Shown in pieces: positions 26,200 through 39,289 of a stretch of DNA of 64,000 nucleotides. Location: contig QPGO01000019.1 in NCBI GenBank assembly GCA_008632985.1, positions 62,001 through 126,000 on the forward strand, given 5' to 3'. This stretch comes from Psammoneis japonica (lineage: Eukaryota). The first letter of the stretch is position 1. Each line of letters starts with the position of its first letter. Position numbers and translations under genes: made by a program. Below the pieces are notes generated by a model. The model did not search any database. It saw only the letters and a list, made by a program, of their open reading frames with translations, and was not told the origin of the DNA.

Positions 26200-26539
26200 G
26201 TTGAAAACGACACTTGTGCTTGTCAAACACTGCACTTCACATTTGAAACCCACAGGTGACATCTGTAAACTGTAAGAAGTGTAATGCCGCCAGACAAACT
26301 GATTCATTCTCTAGTCTTGCTCTATTGACAAGAACTCACCGTTGCATTGATGCCGGTAGCCGCTCCACGTGTCGGAGGGAAATCGGATCTTCAACGCAGA
26401 TCTGCCATACAGTAGTCCCCTACGGGCATGACGATTCCTCCTGCTATTCTTCTTGCAATTGGCATAAGTCATACTGCACAGCATCGCAATAATCTACTCT
26501 GAACTCGCAGTCACCCAGATCCAGCTTCTAGAAGCAGCA

Positions 26540-27480
26540 ACATGTTGGATGAACCGTGCGAGGTTTCTACATGCCAAGATCTAAAGAATGTCGACTTACA
26601 GGGCGTGGACTTGCACCATGTCTTGGTGTGCAACATTGACCGTGAAAATGGTGACAGAATTCCTCCAATTGGATCTGTCAAGACCAAGCCATTTGCAGGG
26701 ACGTTTGATGGAAGGGGGTTTGCAATCTGAGAATTAAACATTGGCTTCAGAGACGACTCAGACATTGGCCTGTTCTGGAAAGTTGTTGAGAATCCTCCGT
26801 CGACCGCCACAGTTTCCAATCTTGTCTTGGAAGACTTTGCATTGGTTGGCAGGACCTGTGTTGGAGCGCTTGCTGGTGGCACATGTGGTGGAGGAGTCTC
26901 AATCGTGAATGTCACTGCACAACCAGCTCAATTCCCAATCAACACAATTTTGAGGAGTTCCAAAGATGTCATGTGCAGCTGGCAGCAAGCAACTGAGAAA
27001 GAAGCAAGGAGAAGTGCTGCAATCTCTCGACAAGCTCAAGGCCACAATGATCTCTGCAGAAAAGATGAAACCAACCTTTCCCAAGTTTGCTGGTGACCTT
27101 GGGACAAAAAATGGAAGCACTGCACCACAAATCTGCTGGAAAAGTTCATCAACACATTTTAAAGAGCAGACGCCATTGATGACAAGACATCCAATGCCAT
27201 CAGGGGCATTTTTGGTCACATGCAAAATCCAAGAGAGAAAGGAACAAGTTCAAGGCCGGTGTTTTTTGCCAGTCAGCGGGGTGTTTCAAGGATGATGAAA
27301 GCTCCAGACAGAGTGGTTGTGCCACTGTGTGACAAGCAGGTTGAAAATGACACTTTTGCACTTGCAAAGAAACACTGCAACTCACCTTTGAAACCCAGAA
27401 GGGACATTTGCAAACTGCAAGAAGTGTGATGCTGCCTGAGGAGCTGATTCATTCTCCATTGACAAGAACTCACCGTTGCA
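26540..27480 (+). pseudogene. Internally deleted, TpA-mutated tandem copy of the GLUG gene
   Basis: 26540-26915 matches about 24600-24970 and 26918-27480 matches about 25770-26345. STYQD>STCQD, HYVLAY>HHVLVC, STYGGG>GTCGGG. Confidence 0.92.
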
Positions 27481-28279
27481 ACTCTCTCAGTGCGGGAGCA
27501 CCGCAGCTCTCCCACCACAACAGTTCTCAAAACGCTGTGCTGTGGGCATGTTTTTCCCACTCACCGCACCCCTCTCCTCTCAAAAAAGCTCTTTGCTCCA
27601 AATGGCAAAAATGCCAAGATTGCTCGGCGCATCTGCCACTCGGATGATTTAAATCTTTCGCTCTCCCAAGCTGTGCTGTGCGGCCTGCCGATGCCACGCA
27701 CGGTCCCTCACAACTCCAGAGCTGGCAGTGGCCACTAGAGTGGCTGCTGCTCTAGCTGCCAGTGGCAGCCACTAGCCAGCTAGCTACAGCAGAGCAGAGA
27801 CAGGAACCGACCGTTATCACCGTCGCCACTGACAGGAACTGACCGTCATCACCGTCGCTTTTAACATTTAATGGCTGCTTATCGTACGATACATCATAAA
27901 GTCAGCTACGAGTGACTGAACTGTTTGTCACGCGGGAATGATTTTTATGAAAGCTACTCCGCGCTTGCCGACTGTTTTCAATCAGTTCTCGGTTCAGAGA
28001 CTAGCTCTGAACCTCTCACAATGTCTAAGACACTCTTTTGTGCACGGTATTGATCTTCTCTAGTTTACTCTAGCTAGCCTTACCGTTCGGCACAGGATTG
28101 ATCACCCTTAGTTCCCTTCGGTGAGACCCGCTTGAGTCACCTTTCCTATCGAGTAGCTACTCTCTACCGTAGCTAGAGTAGGTACCATTGAAAATTTCAA
28201 CTGTCCAATCAGATTGCGCCCAGGAGGACTTCATATTTTTGTGTGTAACGATCATCACAATATCACCATTGGTTGCACC

Positions 28280-30484
28280 ATGTTCCCCATCACGAGTTCA
28301 GGCTACTGGGACGGGGCCAACCACGCTTCTTCGCAAGCAGCTGATGATGACGGTAAAACTCGTGAAGAAAGAATCGTCGCCTTTAACCAGAAAGTGAGAG
28401 GAGCAATTGATATGAACAGCGGAACAAATCTGGCGACCACATACAACTATCAAGGAAAAGCAGTTGCTTCAGGAAAAGTCGCCCGGAATCTCCATCTCCT
28501 TACCCCGATTCTCATCTCAGAATTGGAAGTAGGAGTTACTCATTGGAACCGGGTACTTTATGCCCGAGTCTTGACTCAAACACTCCAAATGAATTCCTCA
28601 ATGGTCATGAAGGTTTGAGCAAGGCGACTACGAGGAAGCCGTCCAGTATTTCACGAATGCTCTTGCGAAGGCCCATTCCGAGGGTCGAGATAGTGGCGAG
28701 TCTACAAACGAAGGTGATGATTCGGTTGCACTGTGGCAGCTGATTGGCAATCGTAGCTCTGCGCACTACAAGCTTGGTCAGCTGGACGAGGCTCTGCTGG
28801 ACGCTTTGGCGTCAAACCGATGTGCACCAAAAGATGCCATTAAACCCATCTTGCGCTGTGTCGAGACAATGGCGGCCCTTGGTATGCAAGAAGAAGCATG
28901 GAGCTTGTTGGAAGACGCGAAGGCATCGTTTCCTGATCACATCGAGGAGCTTGAGCAAAAATACCGTTTTCTGCAGCCAAAGCAAGTTCTCGAGGTCGGG
29001 CCGGACAAGCCCTACAAGTCTATTTTTGAAGCACTTGGCGATGCCAATGAAGGAGCGGAGGTTGTCGTGGATCCCGGTATCTATGAAGAGCCCCCACTCA
29101 TTCTGGACAAGCAAGTAACGCTGCGCAGCTCCAAGCCCACGACATTGGCCAAAGCTCTCTTGGAAGCGTCGTCCGGGGACGATGAGAAGGAGTCGGGTTG
29201 GCCAGTGATTCGCGTCGAAGGAGACTACAGTGCGGTCACTTGCAACGCAACTTCTTGGAGCGCTCCCCTTCGAATCATTGGCTTCAAATCATTTGTCGAG
29301 ATATCCCGCAAAATAGTTATCATGCGGTAGATGTTCGCTCTGGACTGGTGGTTATTCGAAACACGGTCCTAACAAGCAATAGCGGTCCGGTGGTTGTTGT
29401 AGAAAGCCGTAACTTACAACCCGCCACCCTGATCTCTCTGTTACAACCTCCCACTAGAGCCAAGCGGCCATCTCATGTCATTATGCATAGCTGCAAGGTG
29501 ATGGATGGTGCACAAGGCGGTATCCTAGTGACGGATGACACCAAATTGACTCTGAGACAAGTCCACATTACCGGAAATGCAGCCAACGGTTTGGAACTCC
29601 GAGAGGGTGGATCGGCACATGTAGAAAATTGCCGTGTGTATAGCAATGGCCGCCAAGGAATATTGGTCTGGAAGTCCGCAGGCTTGCTAAGCGCAAGACA
29701 CTGCTGGATCCATTCCCACCTTGAAGAAAGTGGCGTCCTGGTGAGTCAAGGCCAAGCAAAACTTGACTCTTGCGAGATTTACGGCAATGGCGCCGCCGGA
29801 GTTGTGACACAGCAAAAGGGTAGCATTCACCTAACCAAGTGCATGGTTCACGACAACTGCGAAGGTGTTCTCATCCAAGACACTGGCAGTGGTAGTGTCG
29901 ATGGATGTGACGTGTTTCATAACAGAGCCAATGGCATCTTTGTCGGGTATGACCACAAGGCGTATGCCAGAATTACGGGAAACACCGTGTATGAGAATGT
30001 TTCGAATGGCATCTTGATTGGAAACAACCACAGGGGAAGAGTGCAAAAGTCAAACAATACAGAGCGAGACAATAAGGGATTGCCTCCCCAGACTCCTGAC
30101 TTTATGCGTCAACGATTCGTCCCATCAAAGAAACATTGCAAAACGATGAAAAAGAATGAAGCATCTATACGACAAGCACTGCAAGAACACTCACCCACAG
30201 GGGGCATTTTAGATTCGATACTTGCACAGAACAATGATTTGTATGGCGACGTCTTATTTCGTGTAAATGAAGACATGGCTCTTAATTGTCTCTTTTGTGG
30301 AAAGTCACCCTCGGAAAGTGATCAAAGTCGGTTCCCCCGCTGTTCCCGGTGTCGCGAGGCTGTCTACTGCAGCGCAAAGTGCCAGAAAGAGGACTGGCCC
30401 CGCCACAAGCTCGGCTGCCGCCTCAAGGACGTCAAGTACCCCCAGTTTTTAAATCCTGACAAATCTGTTGAAGAGCTTCTGTGA
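28280..30484 (+). CDS. TPR + right-handed beta-helix + MYND zinc-finger protein (frameshifts near 28610 and 29287)
   Basis: GDYEEAVQYFTNAL...NRSSAHYKLG TPR, repeated C.I..N...G(I/V) beta-helix units, and CLFC...CSRCREAVYCSAKCQKEDWPRHKLGC. Confidence 0.85.
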
Positions 30485-31225
30485 TTGGGTCATATCTCAA
30501 CAGCCTTACTGGTACGGAAGAGTGCAGCTTCGAGTTTCCCAATAAAGGAGAACGAGCTGACTGGGTCTTCTTCTTCTTCTTCAAAATCTTAACTGCTGGC
30601 GTCATTTTGATTGATGAGGTGCTGAAATCGATTTGCGAAGCTCTCGAGGATAAAGTTCTCAAATATATGTAGAGCTTAATCTCTTGTTTCTCTAGAGCCA
30701 GTGTTTTCGTCTAGTGCGCTCTTCTTACTGCTGATGATGTCAACCTACCCTCTCCTACTTGCTGCTGACCCAACGCACTGTGCTTCTTTTCGCTATATCT
30801 TATACGAAATGAGTTACACAGGCGCATAAAGAGTGGGTGCAACAACGTCTGCTACAAACTGGCAACGACAGCTTCGGAAGAGCACTCTGCACATCATGGT
30901 TGCTGATTGTTGATTCTTCAAGATGCTTTGCTTTGACAGCGCGCGGTTGGTCGATCGATCGATTGAGTCGAAGATCACGTCCGCCCATGGACCGTGTCAA
31001 AGTTGTCCTAATTTTCTCAATTTGAAATTTCGAAATTGACCTCTCCACTGTCGGTGGGAAACGGATCTTGAACTGTGAGTATCTTGAAGCGACGATTCTC
31101 TATTCTCTAAAGCTAGAGAGTAGAGAGGTGTGCTTCTGCTATTTTCTTCTAATCGGCACCAATCATACACAGTGTCGCAAGAATCTACTCGCTGCCACCC
31201 AGATCCAGCTCATAGAAGTATCAAC

Positions 31226-31925
31226 ATGTCGGATGAACCAGCGAGCTCGCAGTGCCAACATGAAGCAGGAGGAAGAGTAGCAGCAAGCCGCCGCGGAGGA
31301 CACAATCATGGAACTGACTTCTGACGAACTCCGAGTTGTCAAGATTCAGTTTGAAAAAAAGACATGAAATTTGGGCGCTTTGACGATTTAGTAACCGAGT
31401 ATTGTCGCTTCATGAAAATCAAGATAGATGATTCCCCCAAGACGAGCTATGATGCGCCCTCTTTTCTTGTGAATAAGTTCTGGCACGCACACATTTTATC
31501 CACAAAGGAGTACCATGCCTTTTGCGAACGATACAATAACGCCAAAAGTCAAGAGAGATATCAACTAACTGAGGAAGCGTATATGAGAGATTGTTTGACG
31601 AATGGTTCACCGACAAGGCAATCTGGCCAGACAACGTAAAAAGCAAACCGACAACATTCCAACTACAACATGTGACGATGCCATGTTGATAAAAGAGTTT
31701 ATGTGGGAAGGAAATAATCCTGATATGGTGAAGGGCGCCAGGGAGTAATTGGAACTCTTTGGCGAGGAACTAGAGGTCAATGAAGGATTTGATCCTCGTG
31801 ACCCAGAGAATGTGGATGTTGGGAACTGCATGGACGGTTGCCGATGGTACGACGGAGATTTTCCCTTGGTGTGCGATAGCTGCCGCAAGAGCTCAGCGGG
31901 GATCGGAGGCTTCTCCTGTGGATAG
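31226..31925 (+). CDS. Glycine-rich-domain (GRDP/DUF1399)-like protein, frameshifted
   Basis: EYCRFM...APSFLVNKFWHAHILSTKEYHAFC motif and a Cys-rich C-terminus ending GFSCG*. Confidence 0.6.
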
Positions 31926-32053
31926 GAGTCGATTCGGAGCTCGTAGCTGCTAGGGCCCTAATGTTAACATCAGTCTCCTAAAATTTCCCTGCTGAGCGCG
32001 ACTGATCCCTCTGTTTGGAGAGAGTCGTGAATGATGTCCTATTCTTAGAAGAG

Positions 32054-34856
32054 CTAAAATACAGTGAACGCAAAGTCGTCTTCCGCATTGCAAGAAGTGA
32101 GACCACCGAATACGGACTGAGCGTCCACAGTCACCGATGAAGAATAGGTTCCCGAGTTTAGTAGGAGAATCATATCCCGAAACTCAGTCTCGAATTCTTC
32201 GAATCGATCTACAGTGGCCGTGGGAACAGGCGTAAGATTTTCAATGTCGCCATTGATTTCTGCTTCAAGGAATGTAATGGCTGCCCCGACCTCCCCAATG
32301 TTAACAACAAGATAGTTCCAGTCAATGTCAGAAAATCCGTATATCGCCTTGTCCATTTGACGATACGACACAAGGTCCAAGGAGCCAAAACTCTTTCCAA
32401 GAGTTAGGTCGTCCGATTCGAGGCATGCAGTTGATATTGACATTGTCTGGGAACTTCCCGACGGAGTAGTGACAGTGACGTCGATTGAAGCATCCAAAGG
32501 AACCCTTCCGGGGTTCAACGGAGATCCAGTTGAATCCTCCATTGAAACAAACGAACCAAGAAAAACTGTCGAACTGTTGAAGTAGATCGTTCCGCTGCTA
32601 CTGCCTTGAGCTAGAATGGAAACGGGTTCTTCCGTTCCGACGTCGCCATTGCAAACAAAGTCTTGCGTTGTTGTGCTCTCGCAGCCGCCACCTCGATAGA
32701 CCCACCCGAGCTGGAAAGGAGTTGCAAGACACTGGATATCCTCTTCTGGAATGGTGGAAAGAAATTCACATGGTGCATCATTTGGAAGATCACAGGAAAC
32801 CTTTGCAGCGATCATACAAGAGGCATTCTCCGGTGACGGAGCAGGAGAACTCGTCGGGGGTGCTGTGAACTCTGGACACGGAATACCTGGCGGAGGTGGA
32901 TTTCCAGTCACAAATTCCAATCTGTCAGAAGCCGTACACTCGCCGTTACCGGTATCCTCACCAGATACAGTCGCGTCAACTGTATACAGCTGCTTCATTG
33001 TCAAGTCCAGTGTAGCTTCTTGTTGTACAACAAAAACTCCGTCTGGCTCCAGAACCTCGTCCTCGACGTCTTCTGACAGGTCCGACTCGACTCCATTGAT
33101 TGTACTTATCAGCGATAGCAGCTCCGTATTCAACTCACCCTCATTCTTGATCGTGTACTTGTAAGTTACATCTTGTATGCAATCTACCGTTTCTTGCTCA
33201 TTGTTCGTCCACTTGATAAGTTGTGCGGCACCAAACCTGTCCTTCATAAAAAGAGTATTGACTGCACAAGAGGAATGAAAATTTACCACCTGAAGATCTC
33301 TCCCTCCTGGTTCCTCGCCCTCCGTGATGCGAATAGAGGTGTCCCCGGACGTTGTATTTCTGTAATCCATCGTGAAGGGGCCGCCAACTTGCACTGGACC
33401 CCGAAAATATACTTCCGAACTGTTATATGCAGAAGTAGCGATAATGTAGGCGGTTCCACTTGTGGGAGGTCCATCCGCCAGGTCGGTGCACAGAAAGAGG
33501 CCAGGCGGCTGGTTATTGAAACTTTGTACACAGTCACCGCCGTTGAATTGCATCACCAACTCTTGCGGAAAATCTTCGCAGGGAGTAAGAATCGGTACGG
33601 CTTCTTCACACAAGACTGGATTCTCTCCACTTGTTTCACAAACAATGTCAATGTCCAAATTACATGGTATAGGTATCGGTGTTGGTGGAATCGTATCGAC
33701 ATGGGTTGGGCCCGGTGTAGGCACTGGTGTTGGCATGCGCGTCGAGACGCAGACTTCAATCTCGTCGTCATCCCGACACGTAGATTCACCAGTTGTGGAT
33801 TCTGCGGTTGCAAACAACGTCTTGGTATCACATCCCGGGGTGCGGCAGCGATCGATTTGACCCGGTTCAATAAAAGTGCTTACACCTTCAGGAGGAATCG
33901 TAAGACGTGGATCATTGGGTGGAACATTTTCGAGCACATTACGCAGCTCTCCATTGCACTCGAGTTCCAACGTTGTGAGTGTAACGTCCGATTCTCCCGT
34001 GTTCTCGACGCTATATGCGTATTCAACTTGCACAATACACTCTGTCTGATCGCACCCTCGAAACTCGAGGCTTCCATACCGATCGTTTACGTTCAAGATT
34101 GCTCCTCCGGACGTCTTTACGGTAACCTCTTGACATGGGGTACCTCCATTAGAGTTTGATGTTGTACACGTGATGGATTCTCCAAAGGTCTCAAACTCTG
34201 GCGCTTTCAAGACAAAGTCAAAGCCCGTGTCTAACGAAAACGTACTTGAATACAGAAAAGTGCCACCATCATCCGTACAGGTAAGATTTGCAATTACGGT
34301 CGAGGAATTGCAAGCGTCCGATACATCCTCGCAGGTAAACACGTCGCCCTCTCCTTCTCTACATTTTGTGAACAAGTAGGAGAACGACAGCATGGAAATT
34401 GGATGACTTGTATTACAAAACGGAGGCGGTGATTGAATCTCATCACAAGGCACGCCTGTTTCGGTCCCGCACGTAATGGTTGCCTAGTACGCGAGAACAA
34501 ATAGGGAAAAATATAACGGGTTTGAGTTTTAGACGTTGTAGACGAATCAAAACAAGGATACGCCGCTCGAAACTTACGTCTATTTCGCATGGCACATTGG
34601 GAGATGGCGGTGGTGTTGCAGGTCCCTCCTCCAAGCTCATACTACTTATACCCGCAGTCTCTTGCAAAAATCTCGACCAGTATTCAGTGTCTTGTTCAAA
34701 CGACAACAAGCCGCTCTTTTCATGGGACTCTTCAAAATCGTGTCTGCTGTTTGTTGCTTGCTCCGATGCCTCGACTTTCAATACATTCTGGGGTAGCGCC
34801 GAGAGACACATGATGTAGATTACAAGAGAACGCATGGTTGGTGCGTTCCGCGGCAT
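32054..34856 (-). CDS. Secreted acidic Cys/Pro-rich diatom-type protein with repeated domains (DUF7467-like); 2 exons
   Basis: Signal peptide and a phase-0 intron at 34577-34484 that joins in frame. Repeated (F/Y).GG.C..S...Q...C units and PT/PS linkers. Confidence 0.8.
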
Positions 34857-35850
34857 GGTAGGTGGGAGGTTTTGCTCGGTTGTTGTTCGTTGTTGTCGCG
34901 ATTTTGTGGGACGAATTTTCAAAAAATTGGCGTTGCCCGCGCGAAATCCCATCTCAACGGCCCAAATGGAGCCTTCATTAATTAATACCTTATTTATATT
35001 ATCATGTATGACGTTTTAGATATGTAATTCCTTAATTTAAAATTGTACATTCGCTATTTATAAAGACTGAAGACAATCAATAATATGGTTCAAAACGTCG
35101 CCCAATCTGTCGGACAAGCAAATCCGGCAGATTTTCTCGTTGCGGTTTCAAGAAAATCCAACGTACTTTTGCCATCACTCTGTGGCTCTCAGAACGTCAA
35201 GAGTCAAAAATCAGCTTTCGTCAATCGGGGCCAGTTCAATGCAGTGCGTGATGAAAGCCGATTTTGGATGTTTGCCTTGGTGAGACCTGCAGAGTGATAG
35301 TAAACGAAATCAGGTGAAAAATGGAAAGAAATCTCATAAAAAATCATTTTGATCTCAAAAATAGGCGAAATGCATTTTCGTCAAAGTGCAGTTGAAAAGT
35401 GCGAAAACACAAAATGGGCGAAGCCACTCGAGCCGAGCATTGGAAGAATCAAGAAGAACGACCTGCTTGCCAAGTGAGTCGTTGGCGCTTCATCAAAGTT
35501 TTTTTCATCATCACCCACTGTACCGTATTTAGCAACATTGTTAATTCCACTCCTCCAGCACCTCCCGTCATCACGTTTGAAACTCATGCGGCATGAACCG
35601 CTGTTGAGTCGAACGAGTCAAATGCTAATCCGTGGTCGCGGCTGACGTCATTCTCATTTTTTCGAATTTCATTTTCTCCCTCCGACAAAACTGACGACGA
35701 CCACCGAACGACCACGCGACCCAACAAAATGCACGACCACCAACAAAACCGCTAATCCTGAACTGCCATTCTCAAGACAAGCTGTTGTGAACCCAACATT
35801 GACAGTCTGTCGAACGAACGTGCGTCGCAAGGCAATATCATTTTTGGAAC

Positions 35851-37490
35851 ATGCCGCCGAATGTACTTTGCAATCGACTTTTCAGGGGTATTCCGTTTGT
35901 TTTCTTGTTGGCAACATTGTTACTGCACTTGAATGACAGAATAGCCGTTAACGCATTTACGACTACCATGCCAAGACACAGTACAAGAACAAACAACGTG
36001 GTCTTGTCCGCGAAAAAGAACAAGAATCGCTCAAAAAATTCTAGTCCATCCTTGTACGAATCCCATCATTCGGTTCCCACAATTAAACCCAAGCTCTTGG
36101 TGTTTGACTTGGACAATACAATTTGGACACCCGAATTGTATCAGATTCGTCAACGACAAGTCCCGCGAGTCAATCAAGACATTTGGCTCTTTGAGGATGC
36201 CAAACTCATTCTCAATCACTTGGTTGCCGACGAGTGGTCCGACGACGTGAAGCTGGGAATCGCGTCTCGTACACACAAGGGTGATTGGGCAAGGACGCTC
36301 CTGTCACAATTTACTCTGAATGACAATACGTCTCTGGAGAAGCTCTTTCCCTTTACAGAAATCATCAAGGGCTCCAAACGTGTTCATTTTGAACGGTTGC
36401 GTCAATCGACCGGCGTCGCCTACGAGGACATGTTGTTTTTCGATGACGATGCTCGCATGAATTTGGGTGAAGTGTCACAAATGGGTGTCCTCTGCTGTCA
36501 TACGCCACGTGGCTTGACGGCAGACTTGTTTCGAGCCAGTTTGGAAAAATACCAACAACTCAAAGAGAAGGATCAAAATGCTTGGATGGGACACGTGTTG
36601 AATGCTGCCAATTTAAATGTGCAAGTCGAGACTAACAATGACTTGGCGACGAAGGCCGCGAAACGACGGGACGAGTCAAGTTCTTTTCGCAAGCGAAACG
36701 ATTTGGTTTTGTGGTCGAAAATGGCGGCAGTGGCAAGGAATACTTTTTCCATGAATCCAAAGTAGCCGACGGCCTACAAGTACAAACCGGCATGGTGGTT
36801 CGGTTCGAGACGGCCACGGATGGACAGGGACGTCCGTCGGCTGTCATTTTGGAGAGTCAATCATCGAATAATGGCAAAAACAACAATGTGGCTACAGTGG
36901 AAATGCCGTGCTTTTCCATGAGTCAACCCTTTGCCGCCCTGTTGCTCAATGGCGTCAAGACGATCGAAACGCGCAACAATCCCATGTTGCTTGGCGTGAA
37001 ACCGGGCACTCGAGTCTTGTTGCATTGTGGTCAACGTGATTGGAACGACCTGGAAGCACCCCAACGTAAATTACGCCAAGTTGGTTTCGACAAAAAGGAA
37101 ATTACCACATTGTCCGCACTACCCGACGGCTTTACCAAGGGCAACATTGTTGGCATAATGACGGTGGGTGAAACGTACGAATCGACTCCAAAACAACGCG
37201 AAACTGCCGAGTTGCAACAAAAAGTCGTGGCGGATGCGGATGGGATTGGTCGCTATTGTACTCCTATAGTGGATGCCACGTGGTTGAAACAACCCGTCAA
37301 GGCACGAGGCAATCGTGGCTTGTACACGGCGCGTATTCCAAAGAGCGTCTTGCCAAAGGGATACAACACGGAAGCACCGACAATACGCAACAACAAGTAT
37401 GTTGCAAAACAAAGTGATACAAAAAATGATAATGCGAGCAGTAATACAATGCAGGAGACGAAACCCAAAATGTGGACCATTTCAGGATAA
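35851..37490 (+). CDS. MDP-1-type HAD phosphatase + cold-shock domain + ASCH/PUA domain fusion, probably plastid-targeted; frameshift near 36650
   Basis: VFDLDNTIW, IASRT, FFDD (MDP-1); GRVKFF..AKRFGFV...EYFFHES (CSD); SMSQPFAALLLNGVKTIETR (ASCH); signal peptide followed by VNA-F. Confidence 0.85.
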
Positions 37491-37838
37491 TCTAATCAAA
37501 TTTTTTAGAGTCTTGATACCGTAACGCACAGCACAATATGTATGCTGCAAACCCAAGATGCGAACAGTACGCAAGAACCGAAACAAAACATGTTGTGGAC
37601 TAGGTATATTATCGAGGTAGTCTTGCTCTTGATTGAACTACCAGAACTGACGGCGTCTGCGGCGAAACAAAGACCAATAATAATACTATAGAGTAGAAGT
37701 AACAACCGATAATAATACTCTAGCTAGCAATAAGCCACAACAACAAATAAAAACCAAAACTAGCTGTCAGGCTAGTCTAAAACTGTTAAAAAAGTTCAAC
37801 TACACCTGAATATCATAGGTACCTCAATTCACGTCCTT

Positions 37839-38627
37839 TTACAATTCATCCTTTTTCTCGGCTTGTTTCTTTTGAAAGGTCGAAACAGCCTTCATGAGTT
37901 TAAGTCCCGATTCCTTGACGGCCGCAATGGCTTGATCCTTTTCGTCCGAAAGCTTTTGATAGGCATCTTGTAATTTTTGAACTTCATCCTGGAATTTTTG
38001 TTCGGCCGCTTCGAGTTCGGTTTCCTTTTCGGCAACCTTGCCCGCCAACTCATCATTCGACAACTTCATGTAGGTTTCAATTTGTTGTTTCTTTTCATCA
38101 TCACATAAATCCAAATTGGCCGGACTGCACACGGGCTTGAGGTTTTCCTTTGCAAATTTGGAAAGTGCCTCGTACGTGCGGGCACCTTCGTAATCGTCCA
38201 ATCCAGCGGGATCGCCATATTTTAACGTGGGAAAGCCACGAACGCCTTCGGCATCACACAACGGTTTGCCCTCGGCGGTGCAGTCGACTTCACCGACAAA
38301 ACCAATCTCGTGTGTTTCCCAATCAGACGCCAGCTTTTCCCAATCGGGAGCCATTTTCTTGCAATGGCCGCACCTAAATAAAGAGAGATCGGGTATGATG
38401 TGTGTGAGAATTTTTTTCGAGAAAATGCCAATGACCCTGTAGAATTCTACGTGGCTCCAGTACAAACCAAAGACACACATCAAACAGACTCACCATGGCG
38501 CAAAGAATTTCAAAAAGACCGTTTTACCATCGGTCAATTCGGCATAATTCTCGGGTGTGAGAGATGGTACTTCGGCGGAAACCGCCGTGGCAAAAAGAGC
38601 AAGTAGCGTAGCAATGGAGAACTTCAT
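37839..38627 (-). CDS. ER thioredoxin / protein disulfide-isomerase-like protein; 2 exons
   Basis: Signal peptide, FFAPW|CGHC split by intron 38493-38374, GVRGFPTLK, coiled coil and C-terminal KDEL. Confidence 0.95.
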
Positions 38628-38863
38628 TGTATGTGTGTGTATGTGTGTGTTGTTGTTGTGAAACGCGAAGCGAAAAGATTCACAAGGAAAGATTTTGTGA
38701 GCTTGAGAGTTGTTGTGGCGCAACACTGTGGCTACGCGGCGTTCTACGTAAATTTTGTACCAGTGTACAGTTCCTACGGTTCTTTACGTGACATCTTCCA
38801 CGTGGAAACTCAATTTCATCGCGGGACTGCAACGTGGACAGAAACCGGGACTAAAAGATTCTT

Positions 38864-39253
38864 GACGCGTTCCAGGTCTAGGTGGGACCTCGTACTACTG
38901 AACTGTGACATCGATAGTTTTTTGAGTCTCGTCGTATGTCGCGCACGTAGATTTCTACGTGATTTTTTCGATATTTTGTGTCATTTTACGGTACACTTAT
39001 TGAGCGATCCGTCCAACAACTTTTGACATTTTTTGTTACAGCGCGATTCTACAATGTCTTAAGAATCGCGTAGGGCAGGCGAAGTTGCAAAAACGTCGAG
39101 TGGTAAGAGGCATAATTGTACCACAAACTTGGCCGTTTATTTGATGTTGAAGATAAATATATCCATTAATTAAATTCTCGTACTACGGAGCTCGCACGTA
39201 GAATTCTACGGGCCCAATGTCACACGGAGTCCCACCTAGGGCTGGAACGCGTC
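38864..39253 (+). mobile_element. 390-bp MITE, unmutated copy
   Basis: ~25-bp TIR GACGCGTTCCAG..CTAGGTGGGAC and 4-bp TSD TCTT (38860-38863, 39254-39257). TpA-rich. Confidence 0.92.
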
Positions 39254-39289
39254 TCTTGTTCTGTTTTCAGACGCGCGCGGATGAGTCTG

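Noticed and set aside
27720..27860. Palindromic and short tandem motifs (also about 50880-50930 and 51019-51063)
   Set aside because: Too short and degenerate to assign boundaries or function.
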